Assembly: GCF_009914755.1 (NCBI RefSeq)
Contig: NC_060929.1
Source: the human T2T-CHM13v2.0 reference genome, Homo sapiens
Direction: 5' to 3' (one strand)
Length of the DNA stretch: 64,000 nt
Below are positions 30,283 through 47,680 of the stretch, one piece after another. The translations under genes were made by a program, and so were the position numbers. The notes under the pieces were generated by a model. That model saw only the letters and a program-made list of their open reading frames with translations. It ran no database searches and was not told the origin of the DNA. Position 1 is the stretch's first letter. Each line of letters opens with the position of its first letter.

Positions 30283-30560
30283 CATTTCTTCTGATGCAGC
30301 AGTAGCTGCAGATCCTGCACCAAGAGCAGAAACAGGAACGTGAACAGAAGATGCGGAAGCAGCCCTGGTAGAAGTCATCGAAGCAGCTGAGGGAACGGCA
30401 GTCGCGCTGGCTCCTCCGACGGCGGCTGGTGGGGATGGCAGCAGTGGTGATGTAACTGGTAAGGGCATCGGAGGAGCTGAAGGATCCAAATGAGCAGAAT
30501 GTTCTTTTCCTTGAACACCAGGACCATACTCTTCCTTTTTATTATTTGTGGAGTCTATCC
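30283..30560 (-). CDS. POC5: POC5 exon 10, Ala/Ser/Pro-rich region
   Basis: ORF 30250..30489; tttatag| acceptor, ATG|gttagt donor; 278 nt, phase 1-0. Confidence 0.96.
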
Positions 30561-32114
30561 CTATAAATCACAAATTAATTCCATTCAAATTCTTCCAGGT
30601 TAGGACTACTATTATCTTCCAAACAATGAAAACACATACTGGCTAAAGTTTGGTCCTAACAAAAATTTAGATGTTTACAGTATATTAGATACAATGTTCA
30701 GTTAATACAGTTTGTCAGTATTAACTGGTTAATGTCAGCATTAACCACTAAAAACTTCAGACTACTTCCTTCCACATGTGAAAGCTAATGGATCATTTGT
30801 TCTTAAATAAAAGATGAAAATAAATTATGTACTCAGCTGGGACCTTAGCTAAGTAGAGTATATTGCCATCACAACTGTCACAAAAAATATGATCACAGTG
30901 AGCCTGGAGATCTAGGTTCCTTTGTATTAGTTCATACAAATATCCTGATAGATGGCCAAAATGACCTGCAATCAATCTTTAGAACCACTTTCTGATATCA
31001 CTATACTCCCTCATTTTCATGTATTGCGCCTATCCTAACAATTTATTTTTGTTCTTGAGTCGTCAGAAAACAAAAATAAATCAATAAAACTAAAATCTTC
31101 ACTTTTTACACTGTAAAAGAAATGGGTTCTTGCAGATAAATTATATAAATCATAAGAGCATATTTGTGCACCTAACTGATTTGTAGTGACACCCCAATCA
31201 CTAACCTTCCCTCAAAACTGAACCTTAATCTTGATCTAAGGAGCCAATAATGTCAAATTCCAGGGCTAGTACAAAGGGTTTCTTCCAATTTTAGATGTTT
31301 TCGCTCCAGTATTATAATTTGGTTAGTTTCTGCTTAAGACTGTATCTGTGTGGTATCAAACAGTGTGGTGAGGGTTTAGAAATTCAGTCAATGAGCTGTT
31401 TCAGAACATCTGAACAGAGGGCATTATGTAAGTTGTATGTTTAAATGGTTTTCTATGTAGTTCTCTTTCCCTCCAGAAATTTGGGCCTCTGCATAAGTCC
31501 TTTCCTTAGACTATCTGTATAGAAAATTTGCAGAGTATTAGTTAGTTAGCTTATTTAAGAAGTTTAACAATGATTACAGTGCCTACCTAGATCCTTTGAA
31601 CTCCTCTGATGAAAGGGACTAATTCAATATAAAATACTTTTAATTTGAAAACAAAACACACACTGAGTTTTAACTTGTTTTGGTAGAGATTCTGAGTGTC
31701 TATCTTTAGATGGTGGCAGACATTAGGAGATGTAGAAACAGTATGAAGGTCAGGGAAGAGAGGCAGGTGATCAACTCTTGCTAATATAGGCTGATATCAG
31801 ATAACTCTTAAGTTTAATAATTAATCTCATTTTAGCTGGAATAAATTTTTCACTTGTCAAGTATTTTTTTTTACTGTGCCTAATTGGCACAGTAAAATTG
31901 GCAGATATAATTTTAAGAACTTTTTGTCATGTTCTAACTTCTTCATAAAAACCTCTAATTTGTAAGATTTAAGATACTGCACAACATGAGAGGTACTGCA
32001 AATTACAGACAGCAAAGAATCGGTACAAATAAAAAACCAAATATTTATTTTGCTCTAACAAGACAGATGCATTAGGAACTTTACATTATTAAAAACTGCA
32101 TTATAAAAAACAAT

Positions 32115-32405
<291 letters not shown>

Positions 32406-34087
32406 TATAAAAAACAGTTGTTTTAATAGAAGGGGGCCAAAAGTAATTTTTTTTTCTTATGAGAACTAAAAAAAATAGGTGTCATTAAAATGTCATAAAA
32501 CCTAAATATCACAAAGCAGATCCACTGAATTATACTGAACTTTTTTGCCTTTGGTAGCTCTACCAACATTATTGCTAATGCATGCTTTACCATTCTTGTC
32601 ATCTTTCTCATCGATTGTTTCAAAAGTAACAGGAGCAAAAGAAATCATGTTGTGTAATTAGCAGAAGACATTTTCTTCAAATCCTCTTATGGATATTGGC
32701 CTTTAGGAGACACAGTTGCATTTCAATTTACATTTTAAGATGGTAAATGTATTAAGGTGGGAAATACTCCTAAGTCAATTCAAAATCTTTTTAAGTAGGT
32801 TATAAGAAACAGGTTTCTTGTAATTTAATGTAAGAAGTTCTAATAGGAATTTGTCACTTTACTTGTGAAACTCATATTTCTCCCAAGTAAACAATTAAAT
32901 TTCTCAATTTGTGACACACAACTTGCTGATACTTAGAACTGAAACAGACTATTCTATCATTGAAGGTGGTGAGTTTGTTTTCAACCCTGATACTCAAATA
33001 AAAGACCATTTATTGGAAAAATCAAGTACTCACCTAGGTATTACCAAAATAAACTATTCAGCCTTGAGATTCCATGATTCTCAGTTTCTAAATTAAATAT
33101 GGCCCACAAACCACAACCACTTCAGATAGAAAGCAATTTGCCTAAACTTACTCCTATCCACAATATGCATGCTTTAAATAATAAATGTTTGTTGATGTTT
33201 TAAAATAAGGGCATCACAAGCACAGAGAAGTTATTCATTGGATTGAAATCATGTTAATCATTTACAAAATCTTGAGACGTTGACTTGAATTAAAACTATT
33301 AATAATTACATCATGACTATCATCTTACACGTTAAAGTGCATTTTGTCTTTTAAAGTGTTTTCAGATATGTTTTACTGCATCCCACAAGAAGCCCCTAGG
33401 AAGCAGGTAAGGAAGGTTTATATTATCTCCTTCGCTCAGAGAAGAAATCTAAGGCCGAATGAGGAAAACAGGCCCCTGGGTAAATTGGTGGCAAAGGATT
33501 CTAGTTATGGGCTTTTCTACGCCATGCTGACAAAACTACTACACAAACCACTCTTATGTCAGACAATATGTGGATTTTTAAAAAAAATAAAATTACTTCT
33601 ATAGATAGGTCTATATTTATGTTTGCTGCAATGAGCTTAGTTGAGGCCTTTCATAAACAGGAAGATTAGGAATTTCTAAAATGAGAAACCATGACTAGAT
33701 AACAAATACTTACCAAAATAGTCCAAAATATTTGGCTACTTAAGAAAAGACAAAATTAGAAGTTTTGTACTTAAAAAGGCATTAAAATTCTTAGTTAAAA
33801 GAGATTTAAAATAATGCTATACATTAAAATATTATTTTCAACATTTAGCTTAAATACTTAGGAGTGACAGTGTACTTGATCAGATCTAAGATACCATAAG
33901 TAACCATGACTGAGCTCATTTTCATGGCAGATTTAAGTCTGGATATGACACCATAGAATTAAGAATAGCAGCACCTGGATGAAACATACCTACTGCAGAT
34001 TATTTGTACTGTAGACCATACCAATCACCAAAATCTCCTCAAATCTTTTTTTGAAATTAGGCAGAGAAACTTTAATGAAATACTAAC

Positions 34088-34241
34088 CTGCATCATTTCT
34101 GTTTTGAAATATAGTCATGGCTTCAAGATTTAATGCACATACACCCCTCATGAAAGCTTTTTTCATGGAATCTTCAAAGTGCTCTTTTTCATGTTGCATT
34201 CTTTGAATCTCAGCTTTTGCATTTTCCAAAGCTCCAGATAA
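34088..34241 (-). CDS. POC5: POC5 exon 9 ([52 protein letters not shown]), coiled coil and conserved [10 protein letters not shown] motif
   Basis: ttattttag| acceptor, CAG|gttagt donor; 154 nt. Confidence 0.95.
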
Positions 34242-34962
34242 CTAAAATAAGAATGTTTAAAAAGCAAAACAATTTGAGATACAAAGAAGAATACTGTCAA
34301 AAAAATAGATATATACTTTGAGATTATTCTCATGTGAAATATTAAAAAGTTTGTCACTTACCTCTTCTGCTATGTGCAATTTATTTTAAAAGGTACCTCT
34401 TACCTCTATTATCTCCATCAACAAAATGCTTTCATTCCTAACCTTAAAATCAAGGTTCAAACAAGGGGAATTTTATCCAGTCCCATTGAATATTGCTGAT
34501 GTATTTTCATTTCACAAAAAGATACACCATTTTTTACTGTAAAACTTTTATGTAGGATGTTAAACAAAATACATTAAGAGCCACAGACAGCCCTTTCAGA
34601 AAAAAATAAAATAAACTACATGCCTGCAATATTAACAGAATTTTTATAATGTAAATGTTACCTTCAGTATTTGAAGTGCAGAGTGACCCTAGGTACAACA
34701 CACTTTCCCATAGGCCAAACCTCAGGGGACTGCATTTTTTGCATGTCGTAGTGAACTGCAGAAAATTATTTGTATTATGGATTTATTTTTAATCTTAACA
34801 ATTTAATGCTGTAATGAGTTATTTTTTCATTTTAATATTTAACTTCAAGAGGCCTATTGCATTCTTTAGAATGGATTTTATTTCATTTCAATTCCAAATG
34901 TTTTCCCATGAAAACAATGTTAATTTTATTATTAAAAGTCAATGGGAAAAAATAATTTCAAT

Positions 34963-35252
34963 TTCTTTTTTTCTTTTTTGAGATGGATTTCTGCTCTTGT
35001 TGCCTAGGTTGGAGTGCAACAGTGTGATATAGCTCACTGCAACTTCTGCCTCCCAGGTTCAAAAGATTATCCTGCCTCAGCCTCCCGAGTAGCGGGTATT
35101 ATAGGCATGTGCCACCATACCCAGCTAATTTTTTTAGTAGAGACGGGGTTTCACCATGTTGACCAGGCTGGTCTCAAACTCCTGACTCAGGTGATCTGCC
35201 CGCCTCGGCCTCCCAAAGTGCTGGGTCTACAGGAGTGAGGCACCGCGCCCAA
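34963..35252 (-). mobile_element. AluS element
   Basis: Reverse dimer in POC5 intron 8. Confidence 0.92.
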
Positions 35253-35458
35253 CTAATAATTTCAATTTCTATACAACTCCTTATATCAACCATGTAAGAA
35301 TATACAATAAACATTAAATTAACACAAGAATAAACGTTTTCATTTTTTTGTCTGCATTCTTGATTAAAGACCAAAAGAAGAAGTCTATTAATTAATAGTG
35401 AGTCTATCTATCTTTTTATTGTATTAGAAGAAAGTGAAAACCAGAAAAAGATGCTTAC

Positions 35459-35638
35459 CATAGCAACTTTGGCTTCATAATCATTGGAAATCTGGATACA
35501 AACTTCTTCAGCTCTTGCTTGACAAGCTCTTTCTACCACATCTTTCCACTGCTTTTGCACTACGGAACGCCAGACTTTCCAGACTTTCTTCAGTAAAGTT
35601 CTCTGGTAGTACTGGTCAGCTAGTTTACCTTCATAAAC
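35459..35638 (-). CDS. POC5: POC5 exon 8 ([60 protein letters not shown]), Sfi1-like centrin-binding repeat
   Basis: ttatttag| acceptor, ATG|gtaagc donor; 180 nt; LLxxxWxxWR motif. Confidence 0.95.
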
Positions 35639-36428
35639 CTAAATAAAAGTAAAATATAACTTCAAAAACACAGTTGATTGATAAATATATTGGTAGTAAT
35701 AATAAACATAACATGGTGGTAAGTGTACATATACACATTATTTAATTCTATGTAATCATATTATTCTCATCTTGCATATAGGAGAACAGGCTTAGAGAGG
35801 TTAAGCAAGCTACGTAGTTCACATAAGTAGATGAGTAAAGCCAGACTTGCCTGACTCCAGAGACTGAGCTCTTATCCATTACATCATTGCTTTATGCAAC
35901 TAATCAAGTTAGAGAAAAAGAATACAACCAAATGAAAGAAAATGAGCAAATCACCACTTGCCATCTTAGTTATGAATTTAGCAGGACCAGGAGAATAACA
36001 GAGTGGCTAGAAGGCAGGAAATGGTGGTGGCTGTGGCTTCAGATGACACTGCTTTCTCTTCAGTTTGATGGCCACCACAAGCAAGATTTAATTTATAAAC
36101 CCTGCCATCATATATGGTGCCAATCCAAATAAAAACTTATGCTATTTTTCTTTTATCAATGAATTTAAATTCTTTTGAAGAAGTAGTTCCAATTCTCAAT
36201 TTCTTCAGTTTGAAAAACTATCCAAAAGTGACAGTAGCCTCAACTATTCTGGCTAACATTTAAAAATAAATATGTATTCTCATTATTTCACTTGACAAGT
36301 TTCAAAGTAGAGTATAAATATTCATTTTAACCAGCTTACTTAATGTGGATTTAATCTACTGGGATTAATTAAAAAAATGAAAAATCCAGAAAGTATTCTT
36401 AAAGGAGAAATCTTATTCCAGGATAAAG

Positions 36429-36698
36429 TAGGTTGAGCATCTCTAATCCAAAAATCTGAAACTTTTTGAGTGTCAGCATGACACCACAAGTGAAAAATTC
36501 CACACAGAAGTACTTAACACAAACTTTGTTTCATGCATAAAATTATTAAAAATATTGTATACAATTACCTTAGGCTATATGTATAAGGTGAAATATGAAA
36601 CATAAATGAATTTTGTGCATAAGGTGTGATATGAAACATAATCTAAAATCCAAAATTCTCCTGGTGCCAAACATTTTGGATAAGGGATACTCAACCTG
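36429..36698. mobile_element. Tigger4/MER46 (TcMar-Tigger) MITE
   Basis: Inverted termini aggttgagcatctctaatccaaaa ... ttttggataagggatactcaacctg followed by TA. Confidence 0.82.
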
Positions 36699-37471
36699 TA
36701 CTAGCTTTTTCCTTAAATACTAATCTCTTGGAAACTAAATACACAGAGATTATTCCATAGCTCACATGAATATACATGGAAAGCATATATATATATATTC
36801 ATCTCCTATATTCATGTGTCTCTAAACTATGTCTTGTTGTGGGATATACTCATACTTTTCCACTTTTGATACAACAATTTAGTATTCTCTTTCAGTTCAC
36901 TATTTACTGATATACCAACTCAGCTCTTACTTAAAATAAAAGATGTTCAAGTTTAAATGATATACTACAAGCTAAGGATAACTTTTAAAAAGCTGTACAG
37001 GTATGGCTTTCTCTGACTCTCACTCTAAGGCAAGTCTACATAACAAACATTTATACTGTGATTTAATGTATAAATATAGTAAAGCCTCTTTATGAATAAG
37101 TTGTATTCAGGCATTTTAAAAGTAGAAACAATATAGGAAGCATTTGATATGTTAAACATAACTTCTTTCTCCAATAACCACATCTGAGGGGGTTCTATTA
37201 CCAGGGCCTTTACAATTTAGGAACAATCCTTATTAACCTACTATGAAGCAGGAAATGATGTATCTATTGTAATATATATATATTATATGTCAATAAGATC
37301 TAAACTGTATTTTTTCCAAACTACATCAAAATCAAATTCCTTTGAAATAAGAGGAACATTAAATCACAAATTCATTTTGACTTATTAGAAAACAACTATA
37401 ATAAGTGATCCTGAGCACTTCTGAATTCAGAAGTCTAACATCCATCAGCTGTCTTCTGCTTTGACACTTAC

Positions 37472-37576
37472 ATCCTGTCTGGCTCTGACATGGCCGATTC
37501 GCCAGTGGAAGAATGTTCTCATCAACTCTATCTTTTCCTTTTGCTTGCCTATGGCATGAGACAAGCTAGAAATCAC
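37472..37576 (-). CDS. POC5: POC5 exon 7 ([35 protein letters not shown]), centrin-binding repeat
   Basis: tgtttacag| acceptor, GAT|gtaagt donor; 105 nt; FxxWR motif. Confidence 0.95.
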
Positions 37577-38054
37577 CTGTAAACAGCAATTAACCCAATT
37601 ATTGTGATATTAAAATAACAGCAATTGGTAAAGTGATTTTCTCATATATCAAAAAATGCTAGAGAGGATAGGTATGGATCACTACTATATTCATTCAGTT
37701 AACCTCATTATTATCTTTAAAAAGATGGTAAAACTTTCTCACATGAATATACTAGATATCAACTAATGAAAGGGAACAAAAGAAGAAGGAAGTCTTCATT
37801 ATGTGTATATGGTAATCACCAATAAAAAGTTTATGTATATGCAAATTAGCTACTGACATTCAATTCAGGTAAAACAATTATACATTTGAAAGTTCTCCTA
37901 TATACACCATGTCTTTATTCACTAGATTTGAGGGCAGGGGCCAGAATATTTAGATATTTAAATATCTTTCTGGTCCCTACTACTATCTTGGATATAGAAG
38001 TTCCTCAACGACTGTCCAATGATTTTCTGGATTAAACAAACCTATAAAAGCAAA

Positions 38055-38285
38055 TAATAGTTATATATGTAACTATTAATATGTTATAGTTATATATATA
38101 ACTATATATTATATATGTTATATATACCTATTAATAACATGTTATACATATAACTATTAATAACATATATAACATATGTCATACATAAAATGTTATATAT
38201 ATAAGTAAATATATATAATTAATGTTATACATATAACATATTAATAACATTATATATAACTAATGTTATTAATGTTATATGTTGA
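38055..38285. repeat. AT-rich degenerate TA/TATAAC low-complexity repeat
   Basis: Repeated tatataactattaataacatgtta units in both orientations. Confidence 0.85.
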
Positions 38286-39104
38286 TGTACTTCTTCAGTG
38301 ATATTATTACTCTTGTTCTTAAAAAAAAATTCAGAAGGCTTTAAAATCCTAAGATAATATTCTCTCTTATAAAAGAACTGAATAACTGAAATAAATTTCT
38401 AAAAATAGTCACATTAGAAAGAGATTTTGTAAATTGGGCACATTTACCAAGAGATATTTATAACTGCTCTTTAAATAATTTCCAGAGAGGAAAAGGGCAT
38501 ACATTCTAAGCTACTGGAAATATTCTATGTGTTAAGCTGAATCGTAGTACCTGTCTATCCACTTTACTCATTCTCATAAACTGAACATATGATATCTATA
38601 TTCTTTGTGATACTTCAAAATAAAAAAATTAAACTTAAAAACCATGGGACAGAATTTTGAGTATAACAAAGAAAATGACTGACATTAAAATCCATTGTTT
38701 CAAAAAAAATTCTATAAAATGTTCAATTTTATACGAAATCAAGGTATGTTTAAAAAAATTATAATCTTTAATTCATGAAAACACTTAAGTGCTACTTCTG
38801 CAGACAAGCAGCTGAGGTGTCTGCCCAAGTCCTCCTCTTCTGAACAACACCACTCTCCTATCCATAAGTGGATGCCCCTCCGGACATCCATTTATAGCCG
38901 GGCACAGATTTGTTGCCCATCTGCTTTGCTCCAGGTACTGTGTCAGGAGGCAAAAAATTAGCACAGACTTGAATCTTACCCTCGAATTCTTAAGAAGCTA
39001 AAGGAAAGTGAAATAAAAGATGTTTTCTGTGTTTATCAATAAAATGAAGAAAGCCTTCATTAATGAAAACACATCCATCACAGATAGAATTTGAGATGCT
39101 TAAA

Positions 39105-39262
39105 CCCAAGCATGGTGGTATGCACTTGCAGTCCCTGGCAGGGGCTGAGGCAGGAGGTTCACTTGAGCCCCGGAGTTTGAGATTGTAGTGAGCTATGATT
39201 ATGCCTATGAATAGCCACTGCTCTCCACTCTGGGCAACATAGCAAGACCCTGTTTCAAAAAG
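39105..39262 (+). mobile_element. Alu monomer (FRAM/AluJ right arm-like)
   Basis: Single diverged Alu arm with short A tail. Confidence 0.8.
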
Positions 39263-39730
39263 AGAGAGATTAAAAAAAGAATGTGAGATCCTTAAAATGA
39301 CCCCTAAAAGGATGGTTTAAAATGTAGATAATGCTCGTTCCTTCACGTTCGCTTAAGGTTAGGAAGAAAGGATTAGAAAGAAAAAAACTAGTGTACTTAC
39401 ATTTAGCACATACTCTTTTTAAAAAAAAATTTTTTTTAAATTGACAAATCATAATAGTTTTATACATTTATGGGTTACAAGGTGATGTTTTAATGTAGTT
39501 TACAAAGCAAACACTCTTAAAACATCAAGAACACAGAAGTCAATGGTGAGGGTAAAATGACATTATGCTGATATGTTTAATAGGAAGAATAAATCCAATG
39601 GCTATGAATTTTTCTGTCAGTTTCTGATAGAACCTGTATCTTGTATGAGGTAAATAATCATTTCTTAGAATTTATTATCTAGCAAGACATTTACTGAATC
39701 TCAGTTAAAAAGAAATATAAAAAAGAAGAC

Positions 39731-39907
39731 CTCATCTTTTCTCCCAATGGAGATTTCAAAGGTTTTTTGCAGCTCCTTCAATTCATTGATCTGATTACAC
39801 AGTTGTTTTAAATGTGCTGCATGTTTTTCTTTCTCTTTTCTCATTTCCATTCGGTGCCAGTCAATAAAATTAAGTCTCCATTTACTTAGTTCAGATATGA
39901 TGTTTGT
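39731..39907 (-). CDS. POC5: POC5 exon 6 ([59 protein letters not shown]), coiled coil
   Basis: tttttcag| acceptor, weak GAG|gtcttc donor; 177 nt, phase 0-0. Confidence 0.93.
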
Positions 39908-41678
39908 CTGAAAAATTAATATAGTGACAATTAAGTAGTTTGTTCGTTAATATCACTTCTTAAAACTACACTGAAATAAAGAAACATTAAAAAAATCAGA
40001 ACAAGCATCAACACAAAAGTCATTAAAACAATTGGAACACATTAATGAAAAACATATGTAAGTTCAACAGTCACAGGTCTGTGCAGTTCACATTCATCAT
40101 ACTAGGGAAGCTAATTTTTTCCTATTTTAACTAATTTTGTATGAAATCTTGTTGTCACTTAAAAAAATTTCAGGTCTCATTCACTATGTTCCTTTGTTTA
40201 TTCAAGGATTAAATGTCCATATGAAGATGGATCAGGAATAAAGGGAAACACATAACTATGGCATAGGCTAAGCCATACTGACTGGGAAGTTATTTAGAAA
40301 TGGGTGATAGTGGAAAGAAACCATGAGAGTTGATACTTGTTTTCCCAAGCCATTTATCACAGATTATTATCTGTTATAATGGACTGCTATGTTCTGTCAC
40401 CCTACTGACTGGCACAAATAAAAAGACCAAATAATAATTTGTTATTAAAAAAAAACTGGACAACATATTAACTAAACACAATTTAAATGGTTGGTGGTAT
40501 AACACTCCAATTGACTTACACTATTCTAAGTATGAAACCTGTTCCAAGGGGGGAAAATGGTAAAACCATGCTGAAGAATTATTTCTAGAATTTAAGGTTC
40601 CAAATGAGGGAAAAATATAAATGCCACAGAACTCACATGGGCCATAATTTCTCTATATATGTGAATATGCAACTTAGTTTTCTCAAATTATATGTTTCAG
40701 AAAAACTGTCATTTTCTCCAGTTTTTTAATAATAGCAAAAAAAACAAAAAACAAAAAAACAAACAAAAAAAAGTGGGGGAGGAGCCAAGATGGCCGAATA
40801 GGAACAGCTCCAGTCTACAGCTCCCAGCGTGAGCAATGCAGAAGACGGGTGATTTCTGCATTTCCATCTGAGGTACCGGGTTCATCTCACTAGGGAGTGC
40901 CAGACAGTGGGCGCAGGACAGTGGGTGCATGCACCGTGCGCGAGGTGAAGCAGGGCGAGGCATTGCCTTACTCAGGAAGTGCAAGGGGTCAGGGAGTACC
41001 CTTTCCTAGTCAAAGAAAGGGGTGACAGATGGCACCTGGAAAATCGGGTCACTCCCACCCGAATACTGCGCTTTTCCGAGGGGCTTAAAAAACGGCGCAA
41101 CAGAAGATTATATCCCTCACCTGGCTCAGAGGGTCCTACGCCCACGAAGTCTCACTGATTACTAGCACAGTAGTCTGAGATCAAACTGCAAGGCGGCAGC
41201 GAGGCTGGGGGAGGGGCACCCGCCATTGCCCAGGCTTGCTTAGGTAAACAAAGCAGCCCGGAAGCTCGAACTGGGTGGAGCCCACCACAGCTGAAGGAGA
41301 CCTGCCTGCCTCTGTAGGCTCCACCTCTGGGGGCAGGGCACAGACAAACAAAAAGACAGCAGTAACCTCTGCAGACTTAAATGTCCCTGTCTGACAGCTT
41401 TGAAGAGAGCAGTGGTTCTCCCAGCACGCAGCTGGAGATCTGAGAACGGGCAGCCTGCCTCAAGTGGGTCCCTGACCCCTGACCTCCGAGCAGCCTAACT
41501 GGGAGGCACCCCCCAGCAGAGGCAGACTGACACCTCACACGGCCGGGTACTCCAACAGACCTGCAGCTGAGGGTCCTGTCTGTTAGAAGGAAAACTAACA
41601 AACAGAAAGGACATCCACACCAAAAACCCATCTGTACATCACCATCATCAAAGACCAAAAGTAGATAAAACCACAAAG

Positions 41679-42690
41679 ATGGGGAAAAAACAGAGCAGAA
41701 AAACTGGAAACTCTAAAAAGCAGAGCGACTCTCCTCCTCCAAAGGATCGCAGTTCCTCACCAGCAACGGAACAAAGCTGGATGGAGAATGACTTTGACGA
41801 GCTGAGAAGGCTTCAGACGATCAAATTACTCCGAGCTACGGGAGGACATTCAAACCAAAGGCAAAGAAGTTGAAAACTTTGAAAAAAATTTAGAAGAATG
41901 TATAACTAGAATAACCAATACAGAGAAGTGCTTAAAGGAGCTGATGGAGCTGAAAACCAAGGCTCGAGAACTACGTGAAGAATGCAGAAGCCTCAGGAGC
42001 TGATGCGATCAACTGGAAGAAAGGGTATCAGCAATGGAAGATGAAATGAATGAAATGAAGCAAGAAGGGAAGTTTAGAGAAAAAAGAATAAAAAGAAACG
42101 AGCAAAGCCTCCAAGAAATATGGGACTACGTGAAAAGACCAAATCTACGTCTCATTGGTGTACCTGAAAGTGATGGGGAGAATGGAACCAAGTTGGAAAA
42201 CACTCTGCAGGATATTAATCCAGGAGAACTTCCCTAATCTAGCAAGGCAGGCCAACGCTCAGATTCAGGAAATACAGAGAACGCCACAAAGATACTCCTC
42301 GAGAAGAGCAACACCAAGACACATAATTGTCAGATTCGCCAAAGTTGAAATGAAGGAAAAAATGTTAAGGGCAGCCAGAGAGAAAGGTCGGGTTACCCTC
42401 AAAGGGAAGCCCATCAGACTAACAGCTGATCTCTCAGCAGAAACTCTACAAGCCAGAAGAGAGTGGGGGCCAATATTCAACATTCTTAAAGAAAAGAATT
42501 TTCAACCCAGAATTTCATATCCAGCCAAACTAAGCTTCATAAGTGAAGGAGAAATAAAATACTTTACAGACAAGCAAAGCTGAGAGATTTTGTCACCACC
42601 AGGCCTGCCCTAAAAGAGCTCCTGAAGGAAGTGCTAAACATGGAAAGGAACAACCGGTAACACCCACTGCAAAAACATGCCAAAATGTAA
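41679..42690 (+). pseudogene. L1 ORF1p, disrupted
   Basis: MGKKQSRKTGNSK start; split across ORFs 41679, 42034 and 42155 by frameshifts and a TGA at 42001. Confidence 0.95.
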
Positions 42691-42753
42691 AGACCATCGA
42701 GACTAGGAAGAAACTGCATCAACTAACGAGCAAAATAATCAGCTAACATCATA

Positions 42754-46591
<3,838 letters not shown>

Positions 46592-47185
46592 ACAAGGAGA
46601 ACACATGGACACAGGAAGGGGAACATCACACTCTGGGGACTGTTGTTGGGTGGGGGGAGGGGGGAGGGATAGCATTGGGAGATATACCTAATGCTAGATG
46701 ATGAGTTAGTGGGTGCAGCGCACCAGCATGGCACATGTATACATATGTAACTAACCTGCACATTGTGTACATGTACCCTAAAACTTAAAGTATAATAATA
46801 ATAAAAATAAATAAATAAATAAATAAATAAAACCCACTTACTATTTCTGCAATACTTTGTTTTACTTAAAGGCCAGTAGTATCAAAATAAAAATCAACTT
46901 TTATAGTTTTATCACTTACACATCATAGTTGCTATAGGAGTGGCTATAAAATGAATATCCATTGCTAAAATTGGATCTTTCGTTATTGCATAAAAGGAGA
47001 CATTTCTATTAGTCACAACTACGATATGGTAAAGGCACAGTATGTCTCAGTTACACACAGGCTGAGCCATTCAAAGTATCTGTGAAATTCAATGGAGCAT
47101 GTAGAACCGTTCCAGCAACCACTTAAAACCTGGCAACTCAAAGTACAGTTTCTGAACCAGTAGCAACACCTGGGAGCTTGACAGA

Positions 47186-47442
47186 AATGAGAACACATGG
47201 ACACATGGAGGGGAACATCACACACCGGGGCCTGTCAGGGGGTGGAGGGTAAGGGGAGGGAGAGCATTAGGACACATACCTAATGCATGTGGGGCTTGAA
47301 ACCTAGATGACAGGTTGATAGGTGCAGCAAACCACCATGGCACATGTATACCTATGTAACAAACCTGCATGTTCACCACATGTATCCCAGAACTTAAAGT
47401 AAAATCAAACAAACAAACAAGAGTCAAAAAAAGAAAAAAAGA
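47186..47442 (+). mobile_element. Older L1PA 3'-end fragment inserted in a MER5 element (about 47145-47540)
   Basis: gagaacacatggacac...gcattaggac...aaacctgcatgtt...agaacttaaagtaaaa tail, flanked by two halves of MER5-like sequence. Confidence 0.85.
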
Positions 47443-47680
47443 AGCACGATCTTAGGCCCTGCTGAAGACCTACTGCATATGAAGCTGTAGTTTAACAGGC
47501 TCCCGCTATGATTCGTAAGTACATTAAAGATTGAGAAGCAAGACTTAAGACACTAAACTGATCTCAGGAAACAAAAGATTTTTAGAAAGTTTAACTCAAA
47601 AAAACAAAACAGTATAAATGAGAGTAAAACTATTACATTACATACTAAACAACTGTAATTGAAGAACTGCTGTACCGTAC

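Noticed and set aside
38055-38285. Repeat array resembling CRISPR or a structured element
   Set aside because: Degenerate AT microsatellite without constant repeats and unique spacers; eukaryotic context.
39722-39730. U12-type intron at POC5 exon 6
   Set aside because: Donor GTCTTCTT does not match GTATCCTT, and no TCCTTAAC branch site was seen before exon 7.
41036-41226. In-frame ORF0-POC5 fusion protein
   Set aside because: ORF0 stops at codon 25, and its donors are phase 1 and 2 whereas exon 6 is phase 0.
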